Origin: Octopus sinensis
Lineage: Eukaryota
Assembly (NCBI RefSeq): GCF_006345805.1
Contig: NC_043003.1
Coordinates: 76,880,001 to 76,944,000, forward strand
Reading direction: 5' to 3'
DNA length: 64,000 bases
Position 1 is the first letter of the stretch, and every line of letters starts with the position of its first letter. A program made the translations under genes and the position numbers. The notes below the pieces were generated by a model. It searched no databases. It had not been told where the DNA came from and saw only the letters and a program-made list of their open reading frames with translations. Shown here one piece after another: positions 1-11,061 of the stretch.

Positions 1-464
1 GACTTTAGCATATATAGCATATTCGTTATATGGTTTTCTGAAGATTTTTACCGAAAATTTTAACAAAAACATTTTATCCAAAAATTTTTAAAAATTTTTG
101 ACGAAAATTTTCCCCAAAGATTTTTCGAAAATTTTACCCAAAAATTTTACGAAAATTTTCCCCAAAAAATTTTTGAAAATTTTTGCCGAAAATTTTACCC
201 CAAAAATTTTTCAAAAATTTTCAACGAAAATTTTCCCCAAAAATTTTTCGTAAATTTTTGCCGAAAATTTTCCCCAAAGGTTTTTCGAAAATTTTAACCA
301 AAAAATTTTACGAAAATTTTCCACAAAAATTTTTCGAAAAGTTTCAGAGAGTTTTCCCGAAAAATTTTCGAAAATTTTCATCAAAAACTGTTCGAAAATT
401 TTTCCAAAATTTTCCCCAAAAATTTTTCGGAAATTTTCTCCGAATATTTTACCCAATAATTTGT

Positions 465-745
465 CGAAAATTTTCTCAAAAGATTTCCTGTAAATTTTCA
501 TTCAAAATTTTACCCAAAAATGGCTTTCCGTACTTTACGATTTTAGCACCGCTAGCCTTCCATACTATGTGATTTTGGCATCGCTGGCTTTGCATACTTT
601 GTGATCTTGGCACCACTGGCCTTCCATACATTGTAATTTTTGCACCGCTTGCCTTCCATACTTTGTGATTTTGGCACCGCTGGTTTTCCTTACTTTGTGA
701 TTTTAGCACCGCTGGCCTTCCATACTTTGTGATTTTGGCATTTTC
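465..745 (+). repeat. 32-bp minisatellite block (CATACTTTGTGATTTTGGCACCGCTGGCCTTC)n; other blocks ~1585-1905 (+), ~2145-2235, 2320-2440, 2875-2935, 4775-4995 (-)
   Basis: Unit recurs at 661, 693 and 725 (period 32). ORF translations cycle every 32 aa, equal to three units. Confidence 0.9.
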
Positions 746-1015
746 GCCGAAAATTTTCACCGAAAATTTTCACCAAAAATTTTTCCTAAAATTTTTCGAA
801 AATGTTTAACGATAAAACGATATAGACGTTTATAGACTTCAGCATATGTAGTATATTCATTAGATGGCGTTTCGAAAATTTTTACCGAAAATTTTGCCCC
901 AAAATTTTTCGAAAATTTTCCTCAAATATTTTTTTAAAATGTTCCCCGAAACTTTTACCCAAAAATAGATTTATGTTATTGCTAAAAATAGATTTTTATA
1001 TGGCTGCTTTCTGTG

Positions 1016-1024
1016 TATATATAG
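1016..1024 (+). promoter_or_regulatory. TATA box of the captured Rep cassette (retained in the cassette copies that keep their upstream part)
   Basis: TATATATAG 39 nt upstream of the ATG at 1055; the same spacing is conserved in minus-strand copies. Confidence 0.5.
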
Positions 1025-1054
1025 AGTGAATTCTGGTTTACTACTACAGTCAAG

Positions 1055-1162
1055 ATGCCTCACCATCCACAATACACTAGATTCTGCTTTACACTTAACA
1101 ACTATGACAATGTCGACGTTTATAGACTTCAGCATATATAGCAAATTCGTTATATGGTTTTC
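1055..1162 (+). pseudogene. rep: CRESS-DNA virus Rep N-terminal fragment (RCR motif I), stop-interrupted copy
   Basis: Manual translation MPHHPQYTRFCFTLNNYDNVDVYRLQHI*QIRYMVF. The R-F-C-FTLNN-Y..D...L....RY.VF pattern matches circovirus/CRESS Rep N-termini. Confidence 0.75.
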
Positions 1163-2669
1163 TGAAGATCTTCACCGAAAATTTTACCAAAAAACTTTAT
1201 CCAAACATTTAAAAAATTTTTGACGAAAATTTTCACCGAAAATTTTACCCAAAAATTTTACGAAAATTTTCCCTAAAAAATTTTTGAAAATTTATACCGA
1301 AAATTTTGCCTAAAATTTTCCCCAAAGATTTGTCGAAAATTTTACCCAAAAATTTTACGAAAATTTTCCCCAAAAATTTTTCGAAAAGTTTCACTGAGTT
1401 TTTACAAAAAAATTTTCGAAAATTTTCATCAAAAATTTTCCCCTAAAACTGTCCGAAAATTTTTCCAGAATTTTCCCCAAAAATTTTTCGGAAATTTTCT
1501 CCAAATATTTTACCCAATAATTTGTCGAAAATTTTCACCAAAAATTTCCCGAAAATTTTCATTGAAAATTTTACCCAAAAATGGCTTTCCCTACTTTGTT
1601 ATTTTGGCATCACTAGCCTTCCATACTATGTGATTTTGGATGATTTTGGCATCGCTGGCTTTCCATACTTTGTGATTTTGGCACCACTGGCCTTCCATAC
1701 TTTGTAATTTTGGCACCGCTGGCCTTTCATACTTTGTAATTTTGGCACCGCTGGACTTCCATACTTTGTAATTTTGGCACTGCTGGCCGTCCATACTTTG
1801 TGATTTTGGCACCGCTGGCCTTCAATAATTTGTGATTTTGGCACAGCTGGCTTTCCTTACTTTGTGATTTTGGCACCGCTGGCCTTCCATACTTTGTGAT
1901 TTTCGCATTTTTAACCAAAAATGTTTCCGAAAATTTTTCGAAAATTTTCAACGAAAAATTTCCCCAAAAATTTTTCGAAAATGTTCACCGAAAAAACGAT
2001 ATCGACGTTTATAGACTTCAGCATATGGAGTATATTAGATCTATTTTTGGGTAAAATTTTCGTTGAACATTTTCGAAAAATATTTGGTGAAAATTTTCGT
2101 TGAAAATTTTAGAAACATTTTTGGGTAAAATTTTCGGTAAAAATGCCAAAATCACAAAGTATGGAAGGACAGCGGTGCCAAAATCACAAAGTATGGAAGG
2201 CTAGCTTTGCCAAATTCACAAAGTATGAAAACCATTTTTGGGTTAAATTTTCAGTGAAAATATTCGGAAAAATTTGGTGAAAATTTTCGATAAATTTTTG
2301 GGTAAAATTTTCGGTGAAAATGCCAAAATCACAAAGTATGAAAGACCGGCGGTGCCAAAATCACAAAGTATTGAAGGCCAGCGGTGCAAATATCACAAAG
2401 TATGGAAGGCCAGCGGTGCCAAAATCACAAAGTGTGGAAAGACATTTTTGGGTAAAATTTTCAATGGAAATTTTCGGAAAAATTTGGTGAAAATTTTCGA
2501 CAAATAATTGGAAAAAAATTTTCGAAAAATTTTTGGGAAACATTTTTGGTAATTTAACCAAAATATTTTCCCAATAATTTGTCGAAAATTTTCACCAAAA
2601 ATTTTCCGTAAATTTCCACTGAAAGTTTTACCCAAAAAGGCCTTTCCATAGTTTCGGTGAAAATTTTCA

Positions 2670-2777
2670 AAAAACTATATAACGAAAATGCTCCATATGC
2701 TGAAGTCTATAAACGTCGACATCGTCATAGTTGTTAAGTGTAAAGCAGAATCTGGTGTATCGTGGATGGTGAGGCAT
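2670..2777 (-). pseudogene. rep: CRESS Rep N-terminal fragment, intact 36-codon copy
   Basis: MPHHPRYTRFCFTLNNYDDVDVYRLQHMEHFRYIVF* (manual translation). Confidence 0.8.
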
Positions 2778-3050
2778 CTTGACAGTAGTAGTAAACCAGA
2801 GTTCACTCTATATATACACAGAAAGCAGCCACATGAAACTCTATTTTTAGCAATAACATAAATCTATTTTTGTGAAAAAATCACAATGTATGGAAGGCTA
2901 GTGGTGCCAAATTCACAAAGTATGGAAAGCCATTTTGGGGCAAAATTTTCAGTGAAAATTTTCGACAAATTATTGGGTAAAATTTTCGGCTAAAATTTTC
3001 GAAAAATTCTGGGGAAAATTTTTGGGTAAAATTTTCGGTGAAAATTTTCG

Positions 3051-3158
3051 AAAAACCGTATAACGAATATGCTAAATATGCTAAAGTCTATAAATGACGG
3101 CATCGTCATAGTCGTTTAGTGTAAAGGAGAATCTGGTGTATCGTGGATGGTGAGGCAT
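3051..3158 (-). pseudogene. rep: CRESS Rep fragment, degenerate copy
   Basis: MPHHPRYTRFSFTLNDYDDAVIYRL*... with internal stops. Confidence 0.7.
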
Positions 3159-3278
3159 CTTGACAGTAGTGGTAAACCAGAATTCACTCTATATATACAC
3201 AGAAAGCAGCCACATAAAAATCTATTTTTGGCAATAACATAAATCTCTTTTGGGTAAAATTTTCGGTGAAAATTTTCG

Positions 3279-3386
3279 AAAAACCATATAACGAATATGC
3301 TCCATATGCTGAAGTCTATAAACGTCGACTTCGTCATAGTTGTTAAGTGTAAAGCAGAATCTGGTGTATAGTGGATGGTGAGGCAT
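3279..3386 (-). pseudogene. rep: CRESS Rep fragment, intact copy
   Basis: MPHHPLYTRFCFTLNNYDEVDVYRLQHMEHIRYMVF. Confidence 0.8.
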
Positions 3387-3640
3387 CTTGACTGTGGTAG
3401 TAAACCAGAATTCACTCTATATATAAACAGAAAGCAGCCATAAAAAATCTATTTTTAGTTAAAACATAAATCTATTTTTGGGTAAAATTTTCGGTGAACA
3501 ATTTCGAAAAATATTTGGGGAAAATTTTCGGAAAAAGTTTTGGCTAAAATTTTCGGTGAAAATGTTCGAAAAATTATCGGAAAATTTTCGGTGAAAATTT
3601 TCGAAAAATACTCGGCTAAAATTTTCGGTGAAAAGTTTCG

Positions 3641-3772
3641 AGAAACCATATAATGAATATGCTCCATATGCTGAAGTCTATAAACGTCGACTTCGTCATA
3701 TTTGTTAACGTCGACATCGTCATAGTTGTTAAGTGTAAAGCAGAATCTGGTGTATCGTGGATGGTGAGGCAT
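3641..3772 (-). pseudogene. rep: CRESS Rep fragment with 24-nt internal duplication
   Basis: ORF 3455..3772: MPHHPRYTRFCFTLNNYDDVDVNKYDEVDVYRLQHMEHIHYMV, then runs into decamer repeats. Confidence 0.8.
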
Positions 3773-3965
3773 CTTGACAGTACTAGTAAACCAGAATTCA
3801 CTCTATATATACACAGAAAGCAGCCACAAAAAAAATCTATTTTTAGCAATAACATAAATCTACTTTTGCGTAAAATTTTCGGTGAACAATTTCGAAAACT
3901 TTTGGCTAAAATTTTCGGTGAAAATGTTCGAAAAATTTTCGGAAAATTTTCGGTGAAAAGATTCG

Positions 3966-4073
3966 AAAAATCATATAACGAATATGCTCCATATGCTTAA
4001 GTCTATAAACGTCGACATAGTCATAGTTGTTAAGTGTAAAGCAGAATCTGGTGTATCGTGGATTGTGAGGCAT
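3966..4073 (-). pseudogene. rep: CRESS Rep fragment (promoter part rearranged)
   Basis: ORF 3906..4145 contains MPHNPRYTRFCFTLNNYDYVDVYRLKHMEHIRYMIF. Confidence 0.78.
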
Positions 4074-4453
4074 CTTGACTGTACCGAAAATTTTATCTCT
4101 AGTAGTAGCAGCAGCCACATAAAAATCTTTTTTTAGCAATAACATAAATCTATTTTTCGGTAAAATTTTCTGTGAAAATTTTCGAACAATTTTTTTGGAA
4201 AATTTTTGAAAATTTTCGGTGAAAATTTTCGAAAAACTATATAATAAATATGCTCCATATGCTGAAGTCTATAAACGTCGACATCGCTTTCGGTTAAAAT
4301 TTTGGGGTAAATTTTCGTGTAAAATTTTCGGTGAAAATTTTCGAAAATATTTGGTAAAATTTTTGGTGAAAATTTTCGAAAAAAACTTTGGGTAAAATTT
4401 TCGGTGAAAATTTTCAAATCATTTTGGGAAAAAATTTTCATTGAAAATTTTCG

Positions 4454-4561
4454 AAAAAATATATAACGAATATGCTCAATATGCTGATGACTATAAACGT
4501 CGACATCGTCATAGTTGTTAAGTGTAAAGCAGAATCTGGTGTATCGTGGATGGTGAGGCAT
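4454..4561 (-). pseudogene. rep: CRESS Rep fragment
   Basis: ORF 4133..4561 begins MPHHPRYTRFCFTLNNYDDVDVYSHQHIEHIRYIFF and reads through repeats into a second partial copy (DVDVYRLQHMEHIYYIVF). Confidence 0.8.
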
Positions 4562-5111
4562 CTTGTCAGTAGTAGTAAACCAGAATTCACTCTATATATA
4601 AACAGAAAGCAGCCTCAAAAATATCTATTTTTTGCAATAACATAAATCTATTTTTGGGTAAAATTTTCGTTGAACATTTTCGAAAAATGTTTTGGGTAAA
4701 TTTTCGTTGAAAATTTACGAAAAATTTTAGGTGAAAATTTTCGAAGAATTTTTGGGTAAAATTTTCGGTAAAAATGCCATAATCACAAAGTATGGAAGGC
4801 CAGCGGTGCCAAAATCACAAAGTATGGAAAGCCAGCGGTGCCAAAATCACAAAATATGGAAGGCTAGCGGTGCCAAAACCACAAAATATGGAAGGCCAGC
4901 GGTGCAAAAATCAGAAAGTATGGAAGGCCAGCGGTGCAAAAATAACAAAGTGTGGAAGGCCAGCGGTGCCAAATTCACAAAGTATGGAAAGCCATATTTG
5001 GGTAAAATTTTCAGTGAAAATTTTCGACAAATTATTGGTTAAAATTTTCGGCGAAAAATTTTGAAAAATTTGGGAAAAATTTTTGGGTAAAACTTTCGGT
5101 GAAAATTTTCG

Positions 5112-5219
5112 AAAAACCACATAACGAATATGCTCCATATGCTAAAGTCTATAAGCGTCGACATTGTCATAGTCATTTAGTGTAAAGAAGAATCTGGTGT
5201 TACGTGGATGGTGAGGCAT
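5112..5219 (-). pseudogene. rep: CRESS Rep fragment, degenerate copy
   Basis: MPHHPRNTRFFFTLNDYDNVDAYRL*; shares the TLND and RL* variants with the 3158 copy. Confidence 0.7.
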
Positions 5220-5571
5220 CTTGACAGTACTACTAAGCCAGAATTCTCTCTATATATACACAGAAAGCAGCCACAAAAATATCTATTTTTAGCAATAACA
5301 TAAATCTATTTTTGGGTCAAATTTTCGGTGAACAATTTCGAAAAATATTTGGGGAAAATTTTCGGAAAATTTTCGAAAATTTTTGGCTAAAATTTTCGGT
5401 GAAAATGTTCGAAAATTTTTCGGAAAATCTATTTTTAGCAATAACATAAATCTATTTTTGGGTAAAATTTTTCGGTGAACATTTTCGAAAAATATTTGGG
5501 GAAAATTTTCGGAAAATTTTTGGTGAAAATTTACGAAAAATTCTTAGTTTAAACTTTCGGTGAAAATTTTC

Positions 5572-5648
5572 GAAAAAATATATAACGAATATGCTCCATA
5601 TGCTGAAGTCTATAAACGTCGACTGTTGTATCGTGGATGGTGAGGCAT
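5572..5648 (-). pseudogene. rep: CRESS Rep fragment with internal deletion removing motif I
   Basis: ATG CCT CAC CAT CCA CGA TAC is joined almost directly to GTCGACGTTTATAGACTTCAG. Confidence 0.6.
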
Positions 5649-6150
5649 CTTGACTGTAGTTGTAAACCAGAATTCACTCTATATATACACAGAAAGTAGT
5701 AGCGGCAGCCACATAAAAATCTATTCTTAGCAAAATTTTCGGTGAATATTTTCGAAAAATATTCGGGGAAAATTTTCGGTGAAATATTTCGAAAAATTTT
5801 CTGGTAAAATTTTCGGTGAAAATTTTCTAAAAACCATAACGAATATGCTCCATATGCTGAAGTCTATAAACGTCGATATCATTTTCGGTTAAAACTTTCG
5901 GAAAAATTTGGGGAAATTTTCGTACAAAATTTTCGGAAAAGTTTTGGTGAAAATTTTCGAAATATTTTTGGTGAAAATTTTCGAAAAATTTTTGGTGAAA
6001 ATTTTCGAAAAATTTATGGGTAAAATTTTTGGTGAAAATTTTTGAAAAATCTTAGGGTATAATTTTCGGTGAAAATATTCGAAAATTTTTGGGGAAAATT
6101 TTCGGCAAAAATTTTCAAAAACTGGGTAAAATTTTCATTGAAAATTTTCG

Positions 6151-6258
6151 AAAAAATATATAGGGAATATGCTCCATATGGTGAAGACTATAAACGTCGA
6201 CCTCGTCATAGTTGTTAAGTGTAAAGCAGAATCTGGTGTATCGTGGATGGTGAGGCAT
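6151..6258 (-). pseudogene. rep: CRESS Rep fragment, last full copy of the array
   Basis: MPHHPRYTRFCFTLNNYDEVDVYSLHHMEHIPYIFF. Confidence 0.8.
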
Positions 6259-6510
6259 CTTGACAGTAGTAGTAAACCAGAATTCACTCTATATATACAC
6301 AGAAAGCAGCCACATAAAATCTATTTTTAGCAATAACATGTCGACGTTTATAGACTTCAGTTTTTCGACAATTTTTACCGAAAATTTTAACCATTTGTAA
6401 TATACGTATGTCCATACGCACGCACATACACACATATACACTCCCACACACCATACTCACATACACACACACGCTTGCGCACCTTAGTTTGTGGGGTTCA
6501 TCGTTATCCT

Positions 6511-7080
6511 TATTATTATTATTATTGAGTGAGCGAGCAGAGCATGCCATCAAAGTGACACTGGGGTAAAATATATGAAGCCCAGTATACCCATCATGAC
6601 TATCCGTCTGATAAGGGTACACCAGGCACATGCATCACAACCATATGTGCGCGACATGGTGATCTCATATCAAGATAAACAGCACATGACCTTGCAGGTG
6701 GAGCCCAGTTAGAATTTTCTTCAGATCGAGTAACCCATCCCGCTCAAAAGGTCCCTGAATAAGGGTTGTTTAAGGACGTTGAACGAAACACCCATGTTTC
6801 CAGAGGTGAATTATTCAAACCCCAAAGAATCCTTTTCAACACATGGCTATGATGCTTCCCCACTACTTCTGTTCGTGATCAGAGATGCACATATCGTCAG
6901 CCACTAAGGGACATGCTCAACTGGTTAAGGTCAAACAACTGACAAGCAAATCTGTGGTATTGAGCAGAATATTTGCTGTAGCCCATCTTTTATACCAAGA
7001 CAAAACAATGTACATGATAACACTTCCAATCAGTTAAGATCAGAAGCCATGAGAGCCACTGCCTGGTACTGCATCAGGGC
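6511..7080 (-). mobile_element. ~570-bp retroposon (LINE 3' end or SINE) with (AAT)n tail, abutting the mariner 3' end
   Basis: Simple-repeat tail at ~6511-6526. The body resembles an abundant octopus repeat from recall (not searched). Confidence 0.6.
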
Positions 7081-8120
7081 AATACTCCTCCAGTGCTGTT
7101 CTGACCTCGTTTACAGAATTCATAGTTTTTCTGTCCAAATGATTTTGAAACCTGCTAAATAAATGAAAATCAGATAGGGCAATATCTGGCAAATATGGTG
7201 GGTGGGGTATCGTTTGCCATTTAAACTGCTCCAGCCTTTGGAATGTCATCCTCGCTGTATGTGACGGAAGAACACCTTTCGTCTTGTAGCCAAAGGTGGT
7301 CATTTTTCTTCTAGCGCTGACTTAACCTGCTGAAGCTGCTCGCAGTATATTTCCTTTGTTATCGTTTGGTTTGGATTTAAAAGTTCAAAGTCGACTGTGG
7401 GTGAAGACTTTCTTTAGCCTGCTTTGCTGGCAATTCTCCTTGGGCGCTTGATACTTTTATAGAGATCCATTTTTCGTCACCAGTAGCTATTCAGTCGAAA
7501 AAAAGTTTCATTCGTGAGACGTGACAGCAAAGAAGAGTACACATTCACTCTCTGCGTGCGATTAAACTCGGAAAATTTGTGATGAAACCATTGACCCAAT
7601 TTGCTGACTTTTCTGATGGCACGCAGGTGTCGATAAATAGTTGAATGACCAAATCCAAGCTTCTCTTCTAGTTCCTCAACAGTTACAATGGGATTTTGTT
7701 CCTCCAGGTTTTGCAGGACGCCCTCGTCGAGCTCTGCAGATCTTCCAGGACGAGGCTCGTCTTTTAGACTGTAGTTTCTGGCTCGGAATATCAGGAACTA
7801 CCAGTGCCACTGGCTTACGCTCATTGTCCGATACCCATATACTACATTAATATTCCTACCACTGTCCGTCGCGTTGTTGCCAATATTGAACTCATAAAGC
7901 AAAATATGCCGATTATATCCCTTTGTCACTTCTATTATAGCTCTGAAAAAATAACTGCTGAAATCGAACTGCACTTTTGAAAACTTACATTACGAAAAAG
8001 GACAAGGTAAACTTGCTACCTGCTTTTATAGCAATTTGATGCAAGTAGTTTATGCCGCTCCCCTCCGACTTTTAGCTCATGCAATTGAAAAACCGCATTA
8101 TTTATGGGATAACCCAATAT
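7081..8120 (-). mobile_element. Degenerate mariner transposon (transposase pseudogene with one TIR)
   Basis: Motifs HILLYEF, D.PRPGRS, GQWFHH (WVPH-like), ATGDEKW and IPHPPYLPDIALSDFHLF. TIR-like ATTGGGTTATCCCATAAATAATGCGG at ~8093-8118. Confidence 0.9.
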
Positions 8121-9656
8121 ATTTACCCGCCCCCCCCCACACACACACACATGCACACACACACATATATATATATATATACACACACATAAAATACATA
8201 AATACAATATATATATATATACATATGTATGTATGCTTGCATAGTATTATGAAATCATTATCAATTTTATTATCGACGTTAGTAAAATGTAGTTGTGAGC
8301 ACTTAATCACATTTCACCTGCTGTTAACATAACCATGTTAACATAGCCATGTTACCTACATTCTTTTCCTCCCTCTATGTCTCTCTTTTCTCTTTTTCTC
8401 TCACTCTTCTGTGTCTCTCTCTTTCCCTCTCACTATCTCATTATCTTTCCCTTCTCTCTCCCTTTCTAAGATTATTTGGTTATTTACTCGAAACATATAT
8501 ACGATGGGCTTGTACAATATTGTGTCTACTAAATTTCAGTCACACTTCATTTTCAAACTAAGGTAATTGTCGAACAACCATTGACAATACGAGCCCATGT
8601 TCGAATCTTCGAGAGTATATGTCGTCGCTAAAGTTTCTATCGTTACACTGTGTATCAAATAATGTGGTGTAGCCCTGATGTATATGTTTATTTGAACTCC
8701 TGTGGTTATCCTATATATAGTTCCTTTAGTTTTAATCAAAGTCGATCAAGATGTCAGGTTATTAATGAATCTGTCTTCTTGAAGGAATTACGCGCCTAGA
8801 ATGAGGAACGCGTTTATATTGTTTGTAAGGAGGAACCCACTGAACAACGTCGGACCCTTTTTCTAGAAGGTTTTTTGTTTATATAATGGAAGCATAATAT
8901 GCATTGAACTGAGTTGCCAATTCTCGTGCAGTGGCCTTTGGATTTGATTGAAGTATGCAAGGTCATGACAATAGGTAAATGTCAAGAAGTAAACGTATAA
9001 TAGAGATAACTATTAATAATTATTTTAAGGTTATAGTTCATCATATTGGTTAGTGTGATACCACTGACTAATTGAGTAAATTGTTGTTGCTTTCATTTAA
9101 CCTCAAACCATTGATAATGAACAGACCTTCGATCAAATGTATTGTAGCAGTGAGCATTCTATCCTTTTACTGGTATGTATCCTATATGTCCATCCCTTTA
9201 TAAAAAATAGTACGACGAAAGCTGAAAGAAATTTGATCGTCTTCGCTGGTTGGTTTTCTGAAGTATGATTCCTGTAGGAAAAGCATGGCCCGAGAAAATG
9301 TTTCAGTTCACTATCATTCTAGATAAAAATTGAAGGCAAAATCTTTAGTGATAGGCTTGTTGGGATAAAGAGTGTCGGATAAGCAAATGGAAACGAGGGT
9401 ACTTGAGAAGACTGTGAAGCAGTTTCTTACATTCGAGGAAGACCTGGGTAGAAGAGACTGCCCGTTTGTTTGTCCCACTTAACCATATATTCTTTTTTGT
9501 TTGTCAGGTTGTAGGGGAGAGATGTTATGCTCATGGCCTACGCAAATACTACAGGTTTAGGAAACGTGGGTGGTTCTGCCTGTAGAAGCAGCACCTTATA
9601 TATGTGAGCTAAACTCAAATAAATAGATGTGATCCGTATGAAATCAGCAACTAATT

Positions 9657-9891
9657 CTTTTATTCTTTTAGTTGTTTCAGTCATTTGACGGCGGCTATGC
9701 TGGAGCACCACCTTTAGACGAACAAATCGACCCAAGGACTTATTCTTTGTAAGCCTAGTACTTATTCTATCGGTTTCTTCTTGCCTAACCTCTAAGTTAT
9801 GGGGACGTACATACACCAGCATCAGTTGTCAAGCGATGGTAGAGGGACAAACACACACACAAACATATGCACACACAAACATACACACAGA

Positions 9892-9947
<56 letters not shown>

Positions 9948-10125
9948 CGATGGTATTCTTTCAGTTTCCATCTACCAAATCCACTCACAAGGCTTTGGTC
10001 GGCCCGAGACTAGAGTAGAAGACACTTGCCCAAGATGCCACTGCGTGGCGCCTTCGGCAAGTGTCTTCTACTATACCTAGAACTATGTGGTTGATAAGCA
10101 AACCACTTACCACACAGCCACTCCC
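9657..10125 (-). mobile_element. tRNA-derived SINE family A with internal (CA)n/(TA)n; head partly rearranged
   Basis: Homologous to the full copy at 50248-50620. Confidence 0.85.
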
Positions 10126-10950
10126 TACAATGGAACCAAACATTTGGGTTGGAGCTATAGGTATAGAAAGATTTCAGAAAATAAAATGGTAAGGAAAAAG
10201 TCAGTAACCAAGCGACTAAAGATATCTACCCATAGAGCGGGGTCTGACGAATCGGTAGATAAATAGAGGTAAGTGTAAATTACAGAAATAGAGAGGCATG
10301 TTGACAGCCTATAATGGTGAAGAATCTTGTGGTACAAAGAACAAATTTCTAAATATGAAAAGAGTGGCTACAAGTTGCTATAAAGTCTCAACATCTTATA
10401 TATATGAACTGTTAAAATATCATTATATAATGATGGTTAGCATTGAAAGCATTAGCTCCAAGTTTTCAGATCGAAAATAATATTCTTTCGCCCATCAGGG
10501 ACCAACAGTAGGCATCCCCTCAACATTAGAAAAGAACTACCAACATTAACACGTGTACTAAAACACATTATTCAAAAGCAAGTGTGCGACTTAGAATATG
10601 GTTGTCTGTTCCTGAGCACAATGAAATGTATAAAGAGGATTTGAACTTAGATGCCTATGAGCAAGATGTGAAATAACATTCTTTAGTCGATTATTTCACG
10701 TTTGCTCACATAATATGACCATATATGGAATATCTCCAGTATGAGAAATGTAAAACAAACGTTGTGCATAAATGTGTGCTTTCTCCGCCAACACACTCTA
10801 TGTATATATGTGTGTGCGTGTTTGTGTGTGTGTACGTATGCATATACATATGTGTATATATATATAAATCTATATATATATGTATATATATATATGTATA
10901 TATGTACATACGTATATACATACGATCATACATATATATATATATGTGTG

Positions 10951-11061
<111 letters not shown>

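Larger units (their letters stand above)
1..6390. repeat. Composite satellite: GAAAATTTTC-type decamers + 32-bp minisatellite blocks + ~200-bp CRESS-Rep-derived cassette; orientation inverts near 2000-2040
   Basis: Read directly: three modules recur throughout. Left part mostly in one orientation, right part reverse-complemented. Ordinary microsatellite-rich DNA resumes at ~6395. Confidence 0.95.

Noticed and set aside
1032-1050. CTGTAGTAGTAAACCAG (minus strand) as a circovirus-like origin nonanucleotide
   Set aside because: Resembles TAGTATTAC but has mismatches, only a 3-bp potential stem, and most copies read ACAGTAGTAG; no stem-loop origin is supported.
465-1905. CRISPR array interpretation of the 32-bp repeats
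   Set aside because: Units are head-to-tail with no unique spacers, no cas genes are present, and the context is eukaryotic.
183-5138. ORFs such as MPKILPQKFF..., MKIFGENAK... and MEGQRCQNHKVW... in the satellite
   Set aside because: Translations of decamer and 32-mer repeats, open in many frames on both strands; only the embedded Rep peptide has protein-family signal.
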